A DNA stretch of 64,000 bases from an uncultured Planctomycetota bacterium (lineage in GTDB: Bacteria > Planctomycetota > Planctomycetia > Isosphaerales > Isosphaeraceae), in the NCBI GenBank assembly GCA_963737655.1, contig CAVTTN010000002.1:4256001-4320000 (forward strand), in the 5' to 3' direction. A model generated the notes under the pieces. That model ran no database searches. It was given only the letters and a program-made list of their open reading frames with translations, and was not told the origin of the DNA. The translations under genes and the position numbers were made by a program. Below, piece by piece: positions 31,201-41,290 of the stretch (its first letter is position 1; every line of letters starts with the position of its first letter).

Positions 31201-31782
31201 TCTTGAGCATTACCTCGAGAGGACCAGGCTCGCGATGGGGCCTTATCGCCCCGAACATCCCTACGTCCTCGGCGCCCTGAGGAGGCTGGCGGGCGCCTAC
31301 GTCGCCTTCGGCCAGGACGACAAGGCGAAGGCCCTGGTCCGCGACCAGGCGTCGCGGTATCCGGGAGGGGCCGCGCCGGGTCCCTCCCGGCCGCCCACGC
31401 CTCCGCCTGGCTGGGCGAGGCGTACCTGGCGAGTGGTCGATGGAAGGAGGCCGAGACCTCTCTGCGAGACGCCCTGAATACCCTCCAGGCCCGGGAGCCC
31501 GACCTCTGGACCACCTTCGACGTCCGATCCATGCTCGGCTGGGCCGTTCTCTATCAAGGCAATTACGCCGACGCCGAACCCCTCCTCCGCGACGGTTTCG
31601 AGGGACTCAGGACGCGCGCCGCGAACATCCCCGAACGCGAGCGAGGCCGGGTCGGCAAGGCCGTCGATCGCCTGATCGTGCTGGCCGAGGCCAAGAAGCA
31701 ACCCGAGGAGGTCGCCCGCTGGAAGGCCGAGAAGGCGAAGCCGCTCGACACCAACCCCAAACCCGCCGCCGCCGGGAAATAG
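28215..31782 (+). CDS. Ser/Thr protein kinase with TM and TPR repeats (~1,190 aa); frameshifts near 30460 and 31378
   Basis: LGEGGMGTVY, VALK, HRDLKPTN, DFG, YMAPEQ; TPRs LGPDDPDTL, YAEAEPLL; joins ORFs 28215.., 30569.. and 31531..31782. Confidence 0.9.
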
Positions 31783-31842
31783 GCCCTCGCGAACCGACCG
31801 ACGGCCGGTCCCGTCCACCGAGCCGTGGAGCCGACGAGCGAC

Positions 31843-31893
31843 GGGGGTATGACTCTCGAACCTGGATCGTCCCCAGGGTCAATCGGTTGTTCA
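31843..31893 (+). repeat. Left copy of ~50 bp imperfect inverted repeat (partner 53031-53085)
   Basis: Core CTCTCGAACCTGGATCGTCCCCAG (31853-31876) is the exact reverse complement of 53054-53077. Confidence 0.85.
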
Positions 31894-31916
31894 AGTTGGA
31901 GCCTTTGACGCCCTTT

Positions 31917-32033
31917 CCCCCGCCTCGGGGGAGGGGGTCGGGGTGAGGGGGCCGGTTCGCCCGAAGGACCGGTGACTCAGGGGCTTCGACCTGGCCGAGC
32001 CCCCTCACCCGGGCCTCTCCCCCGAGGCGGGGG
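31917..32033. repeat. Inverted pair of REP-like CCCCTCACCC..CTCTCCCCCGAGGCGGGG palindromic units
   Basis: 31917-31951 is a near reverse complement of 32000-32033. Confidence 0.7.
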
Positions 32034-32123
32034 GTACGTGTTTAGCGCCTCGAATCGCGGTTTTTGTAGGGTCCGCTATTGCGGACCCTACAAAAACCGC
32101 CTTCTCACCCGCTAAACACGTAC
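32034..32123. mobile_element. 90-bp MITE-like element with IS66-like ends enclosing a GTAG-type REP hairpin
   Basis: 14-bp perfect IR GTACGTGTTTAGCG / CGCTAAACACGTAC; internal 20-bp perfect stem GCGGTTTTTGTAGGGTCCGC with TATT loop; right end 16/17 identical to 52556-52572. Confidence 0.65.
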
Positions 32124-32252
32124 ATGAGAGTGGGGACGGGTAGTGCGGGGTTATCACCGATCCCGACTTCGTTGCGATTCGCCGTGAACGAATACGAGGC
32201 CCGAACCTGTCTGGGTTATGGCCAAGCCTCCGGATCGAAGGGAGGGAGATGG

Positions 32253-33407
32253 GTGGCAACTGATTCCATCGACTGCGGCAGGATCGCCGAGGCGGCCGAC
32301 CTGCCCGCGATCCTGGCGGCCGAGGGGATCGACCTCCGCAACGGGGTGGGATTTTGTCCGTGGCACGATAACACGAGGACCCCGGCCCGAAGCGTCTACC
32401 TCCGGGACGGCCGATGGCGGTTCCAGTGCCACAACCCGGCGTGCGGGGTCTCCGGGACGGCGATCGACTGGATCATGCTTCGCGATAACGTGACGGCCCC
32501 CGAGGCGGCCCGGAAGCTCGACCCGGCCCTGGCGCCGGCCAAGACGCCCCGGCCATCGAAAAGGACCGCCCCTCCGTCCTCGCCGATGGCGCCGAAAGAG
32601 GAGCCCGCCCGCAAGCCGGGCGTGGCGGAGACGTCGGATGAGTGGGAGCTCGAGGCGGCCCGGCTCATCGAACGGGCGGGGGAGGCGCTCTGGCGGCCGG
32701 AGGGCCAGGACGCCCTGGGCTGGCTCCGCTGGCGCGGCCTGGACGACGCAACCATCAGGCGGTTCCGGCTCGGATACGTCGCCGACTGGACCCAGACGCG
32801 ACCGCTGGCCTGCCTCGACGACGGGAAGGGTCCCGAGCCGATCCGGGCGCCTCGCGGGGTGAGCTTTCCCTGGCTCGGCCTTGCCTCTCACTACGGCCGA
32901 CGCGATCCCGAGGACCCGGGGGACGGCGACGCGGTCTTCGTCGGCTGCAACGTCCGGCGCCTGATGCCCGATGTCCGCGAGGCCCTCCCCAAGAAGGTCG
33001 GCAAGTGCATGGCCTTCGCGGGATCGACGCGGGGTTACGCCTACCCTTGCCCGGACCTCGTCCCGTCGCAATCCGTCCTGCCGGCCCTGATCCTGGAAGG
33101 CGAGATCGACCGCCTGCTCGCGGTCCAGGAGGCCAACTGGCTCGTCCACGCCCTGACGCTCGGCGGGTCGAAACAGGCCCCGCATCCCTCGGCCCTCGCG
33201 GTGCTCGACGCTTGCGATCACCGGCTGATCGCCACCGATCACGATGCCCCGGTCCAGGAGGCCGCGAAGCGTCTCGCGGCGATGGCCCCGGCCAAGGCCC
33301 GTCGCCTCTACCTCCCCCACGGCAAGGACGTCGGCGAGTTCGTCCAGGCCGGCGGCGACCTGGCCGGATGGCTGGAATCCGAGCTCGCCCGCCTCGGCCT
33401 GTCCTGA
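32253..33407 (+). CDS. DnaG-like primase (CHC2 zinc finger + TOPRIM), mobile-element type
   Basis: GGAGG before GTG 32253; CPWHD...CHNPACG; WLRWRGL..TIRRFRLGY; ILEGEID; TDHD; GKDVGE. Confidence 0.85.
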   Translation: MATDSIDCGRIAEAADLPAILAAEGIDLRNGVGFCPWHDNTRTPARSVYLRDGRWRFQCHNPACGVSGTAIDWIMLRDNVTAPEAARKLDPALAPAKTPRPSKRTAPPSSPMAPKEEPARKPGVAETSDEWELEAARLIERAGEALWRPEGQDALGWLRWRGLDDATIRRFRLGYVADWTQTRPLACLDDGKGPEPIRAPRGVSFPWLGLASHYGRRDPEDPGDGDAVFVGCNVRRLMPDVREALPKKVGKCMAFAGSTRGYAYPCPDLVPSQSVLPALILEGEIDRLLAVQEANWLVHALTLGGSKQAPHPSALAVLDACDHRLIATDHDAPVQEAAKRLAAMAPAKARRLYLPHGKDVGEFVQAGGDLAGWLESELARLGLS

Positions 33408-33502
33408 TCGATCGATCGATCGCGGGGCCGAAAACCCGACGTCGCCGGCCCGGACCTCCCGGCGCCGATGTTCGACCGTTCCTTATTCTCGTACATTCAT
33501 CA

Positions 33503-34273
33503 ATGGATATCGCAATGAGATTGCGCGAACAGGTCGCCGCGCTCACGGCGTCGGTGGACAAGCTCTCGCGGGCGGTGAAGCCGGGCCCGGGCGGCGGGTC
33601 GTCGGCCCCCGGGCCGTCCGGCGGCCCGCCCGGGTCGTCGCCGTCCTGGCGGTCGGCCCTGGCCCCGGTCCTCAAGGCGGTCCAGGCTCAGTCGCCGGGG
33701 TTGACCGCGTCGTTCTCGGGGCTGGCGGCCTCCCTCAAGGCGGCCCGGGCGACCGGTCCGGCGATCCGAGCGTCGGCGGGTTCCTCGTCGCTGGCGAGCC
33801 TGCCTCGGTCCTCGTCGTCCGCCCGTTCGCCGGACCTCACGACGCTTTTCCGACCGTCGCGGGACCGCTCCCGGGATGCCTCGGTCGCGTCGCCGTTCAC
33901 GCCCCCGCCCCCGCCCCCGGCCGACGCGCCGCCCCCCCGGGTCCATCCCTCGGCCCCCCCGTCCTCGCTCGATGCGGTCCGCCGCTCGGCGATGGCCTGG
34001 CGAGCGTCTCCGTCGATGGCGGCAGGCTCGCCGGGCGGGCCGCGATGGCCCGGGACTCGGGCCGGATCGAGTTCGGCCCCCGGGATGAACCCCGGCGACT
34101 CGGGCGGGATGGCCTCGCGGTTCGCCCGGTCGCTCAAGACTCGGCCAGGCGTTCGAGGCGTTCCAGGCAGCGGATGCGGGCCTCCCCGGGGAGTCCGTCG
34201 AGCCAGGCGACGATCGGGGGCCGCTCCTCGCCGCTCTCCTGGTAGAGGACGACATCGACTTGGGGCATGGTGA
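33503..34273 (+). CDS. Possible low-complexity hypothetical protein or remnant
   Basis: MRLREQVAALTASVDKLSRAV then Ser/Pro-rich; 3' end overlaps the opposing toxin remnant. Confidence 0.3.
   Translation: MDIAMRLREQVAALTASVDKLSRAVKPGPGGGSSAPGPSGGPPGSSPSWRSALAPVLKAVQAQSPGLTASFSGLAASLKAARATGPAIRASAGSSSLASLPRSSSSARSPDLTTLFRPSRDRSRDASVASPFTPPPPPPADAPPPRVHPSAPPSSLDAVRRSAMAWRASPSMAAGSPGGPRWPGTRAGSSSAPGMNPGDSGGMASRFARSLKTRPGVRGVPGSGCGPPRGVRRARRRSGAAPRRSPGRGRHRLGAW
34134..34268 (-). pseudogene. N-terminal fragment of RelE/HigB (Gp49-like) toxin
   Basis: MPQVDVVLYQE..ERPPIVAWLDGLPGEARIRCLERLERLAE then stop; no antitoxin downstream. Confidence 0.65.
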
Positions 34274-34332
34274 TGACCGGTCCATCCTCGGTGCGGACCG
34301 ACGGCCCGTCTCGCCGACCCGGTCCCGATTGT

Positions 34333-34348
34333 ATCGCAATATTGCGAT
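34333..34348. promoter_or_regulatory. Perfect 16-bp palindrome, likely operator of the toxin remnant
   Basis: ATCGCAATATTGCGAT about 65 bp upstream of the toxin start. Confidence 0.55.
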
Positions 34349-34734
34349 CAGGCAAGGAGAGTTCTTGCACCTCCCCTGCCCCGTGCTCGGCGTGACGCGG
34401 GCCGCTGGCGGTACACGCCCCACGACCTGCCCCCCCGGGACACGGTCCACTTCTTTTCCCGCCGGTGACGGCTCGGTCAGGACCTGCTGACCACGCCCAA
34501 CGGCCGGGCGAGCCGACGGATGCTGCTGGAGAAGGTTCCGCCGCAGGGATTACACTGGGCGACCGTCGAGAATTTGCAAGGGCTGTCGGATCGTCGGGTC
34601 CATGGCCTATTTCATCGTTTATGGTTATAGTTTCTGCTGGTCCGTGCGAACGCCGACCGAACGGGATGTCGAAGGACGGCTTCGCACAACGGCGTTGAGA
34701 CACCACCGATCATCCTTACGAGAGGAATACACGG

Positions 34735-36087
34735 GTGTCAGACGAGGTGGAGCGCCAACTCGCCCTGCTGAAGCCTGGCGATCACATCTGCCCTATTTAC
34801 AGCAGCATCGTGGAGCAGATGGCCGTCGCGGTGCCCTTCGTGAGAGACGGGTTGAGCCGAGGAGATCGTTGTATCTACGTTTCGGACGGCGCCGTCAAGG
34901 GATTCGTCGAAGCCCTCGATGCCGCCGGGATCGATGTCGCTCGCGAGTGCGATCGGGGGCGGTTGCTGCTCCTGACCAAGAGCGATTCGTACCTCCTCGG
35001 GGGTACCTTCGCTCCCGAGGCGATGATCGGCTTTCTGTGCCAGGCGGAGGCCCAGGCGCTCGCGGACGGATTGTCGGGCTTGCGGTTCGCCGGCGAGATG
35101 ACCTGGGCCCTTGGTCCGGAGCCCGGTTACGCCCGGTTGATCGAGTACGAGGCACTGCTCAACCGCTTCGTGGCAGGAGGCCGGTCGGTGATCCTCTGCC
35201 AGTACGACCGCTCTCGCTTCGACCCGTCCTGCATTCATGACGTCCTGCTGACCCACCCGCTGGTCGTTCTTGGCACCCTGGTCTGCCCGAACCCCTACTA
35301 CGAGCCGCCGGAATTGGTCTTATCCCCCGACCCCGAGGCTTCCGCCGAGTTCAAGGCGAAGCGGGTCGACTGGTGGATTGCGCAACTCAAGCGGGCGCGG
35401 GACGATTCCCAAGAACGCGAGAACATGTTCATGAATTTGCAGGCTCTTTCCCGACAGTTGATCGGAGTCCAGGAGTCCGAGCGTCGCCACCTGGCTCGCG
35501 AGCTTCATGATGAGATCGGCCAGGCGTTGACGGGCGTCAGATTGCTCGTGCAATCCAGGGAGGAGCTGCCGACGGGCGAGGTCAAGGCGAGGTTCGAGCA
35601 GGTGCGAGGCATCGTCGACGAGCTCCTGGAGCGGATCCGGCGGCTCTCGTTCGACCTGCGACCCTCCGCCCTCGACCAACTCGGGCTCTTACCCGCGCTG
35701 CTGGCGCTCTTCGAGCGGTTCACGAGCCAGACCGGGATTCTGGTCCATTTCAAGCACGAAGGGATCGAGGGGCGATTCGCGCCTGAAGTGGAGACGACCG
35801 CCTACCGGATCGCGCAAGAATCGTTGACGAACGTTGCCCGCCATGCCGGGGTGCGCGACGCGACGGTCCGGGTCTGGGCGACCGCGGATACGCTGAACGT
35901 CCAGATCGAGGATCGGGGATGCGGATTCGATCCGGAGGTCGCCCTGGCGGCGCCAACATCCATCGGCCTCGCCGGCATGCGGGAACGCGTCACGCTGCTG
36001 GGCGGCCACCTGAGCATCGAATCCGGCCGGGGATCCGGGACACAATTGACGGCCCACTTACCACTGATCGGCATAAATGTTGAGTAG
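34735..36087 (+). CDS. MEDS-domain cytoplasmic histidine kinase (HisKA_3 + HATPase_c)
   Basis: GDHICPIY, GLRFAGEMTW, LCQYDR, THP (MEDS); ERRHLARELHDEIGQ; QESLTNVARHA; EDRGCGF; GLAGMRER. Confidence 0.93.
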   Translation: MSDEVERQLALLKPGDHICPIYSSIVEQMAVAVPFVRDGLSRGDRCIYVSDGAVKGFVEALDAAGIDVARECDRGRLLLLTKSDSYLLGGTFAPEAMIGFLCQAEAQALADGLSGLRFAGEMTWALGPEPGYARLIEYEALLNRFVAGGRSVILCQYDRSRFDPSCIHDVLLTHPLVVLGTLVCPNPYYEPPELVLSPDPEASAEFKAKRVDWWIAQLKRARDDSQERENMFMNLQALSRQLIGVQESERRHLARELHDEIGQALTGVRLLVQSREELPTGEVKARFEQVRGIVDELLERIRRLSFDLRPSALDQLGLLPALLALFERFTSQTGILVHFKHEGIEGRFAPEVETTAYRIAQESLTNVARHAGVRDATVRVWATADTLNVQIEDRGCGFDPEVALAAPTSIGLAGMRERVTLLGGHLSIESGRGSGTQLTAHLPLIGINVE

Positions 36088-36091
36088 ATAA

Positions 36092-36745
36092 ATGGCAATA
36101 CAAATTGTCTTGGTCGACGATCATCCCGTCGTGCGCCGCGGGATGCAGGCCCTCCTGGAGGCCGAGCCGGACTTCTCCATCGTGGGCGAGGCGGGCGACG
36201 GGCTGGAGGCGGTCCGACTCGTCGAACGCTTGCACCCCGACGTGCTGGTCCTCGACCTGATGTTGCCGAGCCTGAGCGGCCTGGAAGCCATCCGGACCAT
36301 TCGCCAACGCTCGCCGCAGACTCGCGTCGTGGTCCTCTCGATGCACAACATCAGCGCGTTCGTGGCGTCGGCGCTCAAGGACGGTGCCCTGGGATACGTC
36401 CTCAAGGGGAGCGAGGAGGAGAACCTCGTCCACGCGGTCCGAGAGGCCGCCGCCGGGAGGCGCTTCCTGAGCCCGCCGGTTACGGAGCGCGCCATCGACG
36501 CCTACATCGAGCAATCCAGGGCGGTCCGGATCGACCTTCACGAGACGCTCACGGATCGAGAGCGCGAAGTGCTGCAACTGTCGGCCGAGGGGAAGGCCGG
36601 GTCGGAAGTCGCCTCGAAGCTCCACATCAGCCATCGCACGGTCGAAAACCACCGCGCAAGCCTGATGCGGAAGCTCGGGCTCAAGAATCAGACCGACTTG
36701 GTCCTCTATGCCCTGCGACGCGGGATCATCCCCCTGGAGGAGTAA
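36092..36745 (+). CDS. NarL/LuxR-family response regulator
   Basis: LVDDH, VLDLMLP, GYVLK, LTDREREVL, HISHRTVENHRASLMRKL. Confidence 0.95.
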   Translation: MAIQIVLVDDHPVVRRGMQALLEAEPDFSIVGEAGDGLEAVRLVERLHPDVLVLDLMLPSLSGLEAIRTIRQRSPQTRVVVLSMHNISAFVASALKDGALGYVLKGSEEENLVHAVREAAAGRRFLSPPVTERAIDAYIEQSRAVRIDLHETLTDREREVLQLSAEGKAGSEVASKLHISHRTVENHRASLMRKLGLKNQTDLVLYALRRGIIPLEE

Positions 36746-37139
36746 GGGCCGCGGGAGGGACTCGCCGACCGGAGGTGACGGGCCCCGAACGTCCCGGTCG
36801 CCGCCGAGAGTCGTGAGGATTTGGCCCGGAATCCAGGTATTTGCCCGGATGGTCGATCCCGAGAACGCCCCTACCATAGAACGAGCCTGAGCCGTTGGGC
36901 GCGAGCCACGGTGGCGAGGGCTCAAAGGTCGACGCCCGATTCGGTCGAGCCCGGCGCGTCCCTCGCGTCGCGGCGAGACCGGCGAGCGACGGGCGGCGAG
37001 CCGAGCGACGATGAGGTCGCGAGGCCAAGGCACGATGACCATGCCCGCCGTCCGTAGCTCGGGGATCTCACCTCGGTGAGTGTCGGCCCAGGAGACCTGG
37101 ACACCGCACCGCGACAGACAACTCTCGGAATCCCTCACG

Positions 37140-37415
37140 ATGAATTCGCCCCCGACCGACCAGCCGGCCCCACGTCCCCTCGACGGGATTCGCGACGAAG
37201 GAGATCGACCGTTGCTCGGCCTGCTCCTCGCATTGTACGCCACCCTCGACCGCCATCGGGATGGCAATCCGCCAGCCAACCCGGACGTCTACCAGCCCGA
37301 GCAGTGGGAGGACCACGAGAACATCTACCTCGAGTTTGTCATCCCCGATCTGTTCGATCGGGATGTCGATATCTCCACCCAAAACGGCAGGACCCTGATC
37401 CGCTCCGGGAGATGA
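37140..37415 (+). CDS. Small hypothetical protein, weak Hsp20/alpha-crystallin-like segment
   Basis: WEDHENIYLEFVIPDLFDRDVDISTQNGRTLIR. Confidence 0.5.
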   Translation: MNSPPTDQPAPRPLDGIRDEGDRPLLGLLLALYATLDRHRDGNPPANPDVYQPEQWEDHENIYLEFVIPDLFDRDVDISTQNGRTLIRSGR

Positions 37416-37449
37416 GCGATCCCGGCCGAGGAGTACACGAGGACGAGCA

Positions 37450-39752
37450 ATGTCCCAGTCAGCCGACAGAGGCCACGACGGAGAAAGGCCAAACTCCGAA
37501 GCCGTGCTCGACTCCCTTGCCGACCACATCGCGATCCTCGATGATTCCGGCGTGATCGTCTCCGTGAATCGACCCTGGCGCGAGTTCGCCGCGGCCAACG
37601 CGCCGGTTGGGGCCGATGTTTGCGAGGGCACCGGGTACCTCCGCGTCTGTGACAACGCCCGAGGCAACGGCGCCGAGACCGCGAGGGCGGTCGCCCAGGG
37701 TATCCGCGACGCGCTCGCCGGCCGCCGCGCCGAGTTCTCCTGCGAGTACCCTTGCCATGCCCCGGGCCGTCGACGATGGTTCCTGGTCCGGGTGACGCGC
37801 CTCGGCGCGACGGTCGCTCCGGGGTCGTCGTCTCCCACCAGGACATCACCGAGCGGAAACTCGCGGAGCAGGTCCTCGTCCGGAGCGAGTCGCGGCTCCG
37901 GGTCGTGCTGGATCACGTCCAGGCGGCCATCTTCCTCAAGGACCTCGAGGGCCGCTATCTGATGGTCAACCGGCGGTTCGCCGAACTCTTCGGCGTGTCC
38001 GAGGAGCAGATGGTCGGCAAGACCGACGACGACTTCCTCCCGGCGGATCTCGCCGACACGTACCGGCGGAACGATCGGAGGGCCCTGGATACGAAGGTGC
38101 CGATCGAAGTCGAGGAAGTCGCCCCATCCGCCGACGGCCCTCGTACGTCGATTGTCATCAAGGCTCCCCTGCTCGACGCCGACGGCGCGCCCTGGGCCGT
38201 CTGCGGAATCGCCACCGACATCACGGAACGGAAGCGGTCCGAGGAGGCATTACGCCGAAGCGATGGGCGGCTGCGCGTGGCCCTGGAAGCAGCGAAGATG
38301 GGGGCGTGGGACTGGGACATCCCCGCGAACAAGTTGATCTGGTCGGACAACAGTGAGGCGGTCCTCGGTCTCGCCCCCGGCAACTTCGACGGCACGTTCG
38401 AGGGCTTTCAACGGCTCATCCACCCAGATGACCGGCAGGCCGTGGGGCATGCGATCGGCCGTGCGATCGAGGCACGATCGAACTACGAGGCCCAATTCCG
38501 ACTCGCCCGGCCAGACGGCTCGATCCGCTGGATCGAAGGTAAGGGGCGGATTCACTACGACGACCGTGGGCACCCGGCACGCTTGCTTGGGGTCGGCATG
38601 GACATCACCGGGCGCAAGCGCGTGGAGCAAGAAATCTTCGTCCTGAACGCCGAACTGGAAGCCAAACTGGAACGGATCAACGCCTTGCGTGCGATCGACC
38701 TGGCCATCACCAGCAGCCTCGACCTGCCGCTGACGCTGGGGATCGTCGTCGACCAGGTGCTCTCCCAGCTGGAGGTCGATGCCGCCGGCATTCTCCTCTG
38801 TAGCCCGCAGATGCCGGCCCTTGAGTATGTTGTCCGCAAGGGCTATCGGGACGTGGGGGCACCCGGCTACTTGCAGAGGCTCAACGAGGGGCCGGCCGGC
38901 CGCGCGGTCCTGGTCCGACGGACCCAGTATGTCTCCAAGCCGCGCGTCGTCTCGGCGATGCCGGAAGAGCCTTCTCTGCCGGAGGGGTTCGTCACCTACT
39001 GGGCGGTGCCGCTGACGGCCAAGGGCCGGGTCAAGGGTGTCCTGGAGGTTGGAAATCGTTCTCCACTCACCCCCGAGCCCGACTGGCTGGAGTTCCTGGA
39101 GGCCCTGGCCAGGCAAGCGGCCATCGCCATCGACAACGCCGAGTTGTTCGGCGACCTGCATCGCTCCAACTTGGAATTGTCCCTCGCCTACGACGCCACC
39201 ATTGAGGGATGGTCGCGGGCGGTAGACCTGCGCGACCATGAGACCGAAGGACATTGTCGGCGGGTCATGGAGATGACACTCCGCCTGGCCCGGGCGATGA
39301 ACGTCGCCACGGCGGAGATGGTCCATCTTCGCCGAGGGGCCCTGCTGCACGACATCGGCAAGATCGGCATCCCCGATCGCATTCTCCTCAAGCCGGGTCC
39401 GCTGACCGACGAAGAGTTCGCCCTCATGCGTCGCCATCCCCAATACGCCCTGGAGATGCTCGCGCCGATCGCCTTCCTCCGCCCGGCGTTGGACATCCCC
39501 TACTGTCACCACGAGAAGTGGGACGGGACCGGGTATCCCCGCGGCCTGAAAGGCGAACAGATCCCACCGGCGGCGAGGATGTTTGCCGCCGTCGACATCT
39601 GGGACGCCCTGATCTCCGACCGCCCTTACCGCCGGGGATGGCGACCCGAGGCGGTCTTCGAGCATCTGCGTTCCTTGGCGGATACCCACCTGGATCCAAA
39701 CGTGGTTGAGATCTTCCTGAGGCTCCTCGCCGGAGAATGGCCCGACTCATAA
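37450..39752 (+). CDS. PAS-PAS-PAS-GAF-HD-GYP phosphodiesterase; frameshift near 37806
   Basis: PAS/PAC DITERK repeats; GAF (AVPL..KGRVKGVL, QAAIAIDNAEL); LHDIGKI, HHEKWDGTGYP. Confidence 0.92.
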
Positions 39753-39833
39753 CGATCGACAGGGGCCGATTTCGGAGAGCGGGCTAAACCGGATGCACCC
39801 TTGGGGCCGGCCCGCAGCACGAGGACGCCAACC

Positions 39834-40086
39834 GGGGTCACGCCTCGGAATGGACGAAATCGCACGTTAAGGGACTCCGAGGGGGGTGGCGGAGAACCCC
39901 TCCGCAAGAATCCCTTGAAACCCGGCGATTCCGGGCGTTTCCGCCCCATCTCAAGGCGTGGCGGGAATCTTTAATTTCCCGCCACGCCCACTCGTCGGGC
40001 GAAGACGCAAAGCCGGTTTCCTGTTCGGGTTCAATCCCGGCAAAGCGGCTTGGCGTACGATTTTTTCCGTTCCGAGGCGTGACCCC
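39834..40086. mobile_element. 253-bp Tn3-family miniature element (TIME-like)
   Basis: 38-bp IRs GGGGTCACGCCTCGGAATGGACGAAATCGCACGTTAAG (39834-39871) and 40049-40086, 32/38 identical; no transposase; no 5-bp TSD. Confidence 0.88.
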
Positions 40087-40139
40087 AGCTTGCCAGGACG
40101 CGGAGTTGCGAGACGGAGATTCCGCGACCGTGGGCGGAC

Positions 40140-40697
40140 TCATTTCACGCTGCTGGGATGCTTCGCGTCCCCGGTCGGGGCCGAGCCGCCCGCCGGGGTG
40201 TCGATGATGCGTGCCGTCGGGGGGACGGCCAGGTGGTCGATGACCCGCTCGACGCCCCGGGTGTCGCGGACCAAGCCCACGGCCGTGTCCTTCTGGGCGG
40301 GGCTGGAGACGAGCCCTCGCAGGACGGCCGTGCCGTCCTCCTCGACCTCGACGACGATGCCCGTGGCGTCGAGCCGCTTGTCCTGGCAGAGGCGGGTCTC
40401 GATCTGCTGGCCCAGCCCCAGATTCCGCACCGAGGATGAGCCCTGCGAGGAGGAGTCGCGGACCGAAGCCGCCGTGTAGCGGAACCCTTTGAGGAGCGTG
40501 CGATAGGCCCCACGCACGCTGCCGAAGAACCCCGGAGCCTCTCCATATCGCTCGGTCCCGCCCGCGGCCCAGCCCGCCAGGAGCAAACCGACGATCAGTC
40601 CGGCGAAGGAGCATCGCGTCCGGGCGAAGGGCCACTTCCTGGGCCGGTCGGGGTTCGCCTGTCCCGCATCCCGACCGTCCCGCTGGGGGGTGCTCAT
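40140..40697 (-). CDS. BON domain-containing protein
   Basis: Hydrophobic N-terminal segment; IETRL..DKRLDATGIVVEV..GTAVLRGLV....KDTAV.LVRDTRGVERVIDHL. Confidence 0.85.
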   Translation of the reverse strand: MSTPQRDGRDAGQANPDRPRKWPFARTRCSFAGLIVGLLLAGWAAGGTERYGEAPGFFGSVRGAYRTLLKGFRYTAASVRDSSSQGSSSVRNLGLGQQIETRLCQDKRLDATGIVVEVEEDGTAVLRGLVSSPAQKDTAVGLVRDTRGVERVIDHLAVPPTARIIDTPAGGSAPTGDAKHPSSVK

Positions 40698-40959
40698 CGA
40701 CTCGCCTCGTTCGAAGGGGTGCGTGGGGTCCGCCGTGTTTCGGTGAGCTCGCCCCGCGACGTCGCGACTACATCGACGAGGCGATGTGGAGTCCATCCCG
40801 GGGGCCGGGGAACGAGCGGCGGGACAATAGGCGGAGACCGTGTGCCCGTCAATACGAGCCATGGGGTCAGCTGGCCGGAATCCGGGATCGACCCTCCGAC
40901 GTCCAAAGGGCCAGCCCGGTCTGGCCCTGCCCCCGGCCACGATCGCCGGCGACGGACCG

Positions 40960-41080
40960 CCACCGCCGACCCTTGCCCAGGTCGTCCGCGTGGTCGACGG
41001 CGATCCGGTCGTCTTGGCGATCGATGGCCGCCAGGAGAAGGCCCGGCTCATCTCCCTGGCGATGACGCAGCATCGCCCGA
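40960..41080 (+). pseudogene. Thermonuclease (SNase-like) N-terminal fragment
   Basis: AQVVRVVDGDPVVLAIDGRQEKARLISLAMT resembles the VxRVVDGDT...VRLIGxDT motif with catalytic positions degenerate. Confidence 0.55.
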
Positions 41081-41084
41081 TCCA

Positions 41085-41261
41085 GCCTCCGGTTCGGGAC
41101 AGGTCTTCGTCCTCGTAAAACATTGACCCGCCGAAGGACCGATGCAGCATCCTCAAGTGATGCGCCCGCGCTTTAACCCAGGCGAAGCCGAGAGCGACGG
41201 CCGCGATGAGAAGCATCGCGTGCGCGAGCGAAGCCCTCGGATGTTGACGAAGAGTCGGCAT
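41085..41261 (-). pseudogene. Truncated cassette gene with hydrophobic leader
   Basis: MPTLRQHPRASLAHAMLLIAAVALGFAW starts 30 bp after the R' box of attC 41291-41387. Confidence 0.5.
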
Positions 41262-41290
41262 GGCGCCTCGAAGGATCGACAGGCCCCGCC

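Noticed and set aside
31853..31876. GGTTCGAG in the inverted-repeat core as a tRNA fragment or att site
   Set aside because: No T-stem closure or cloverleaf, and the copies are inverted, not direct
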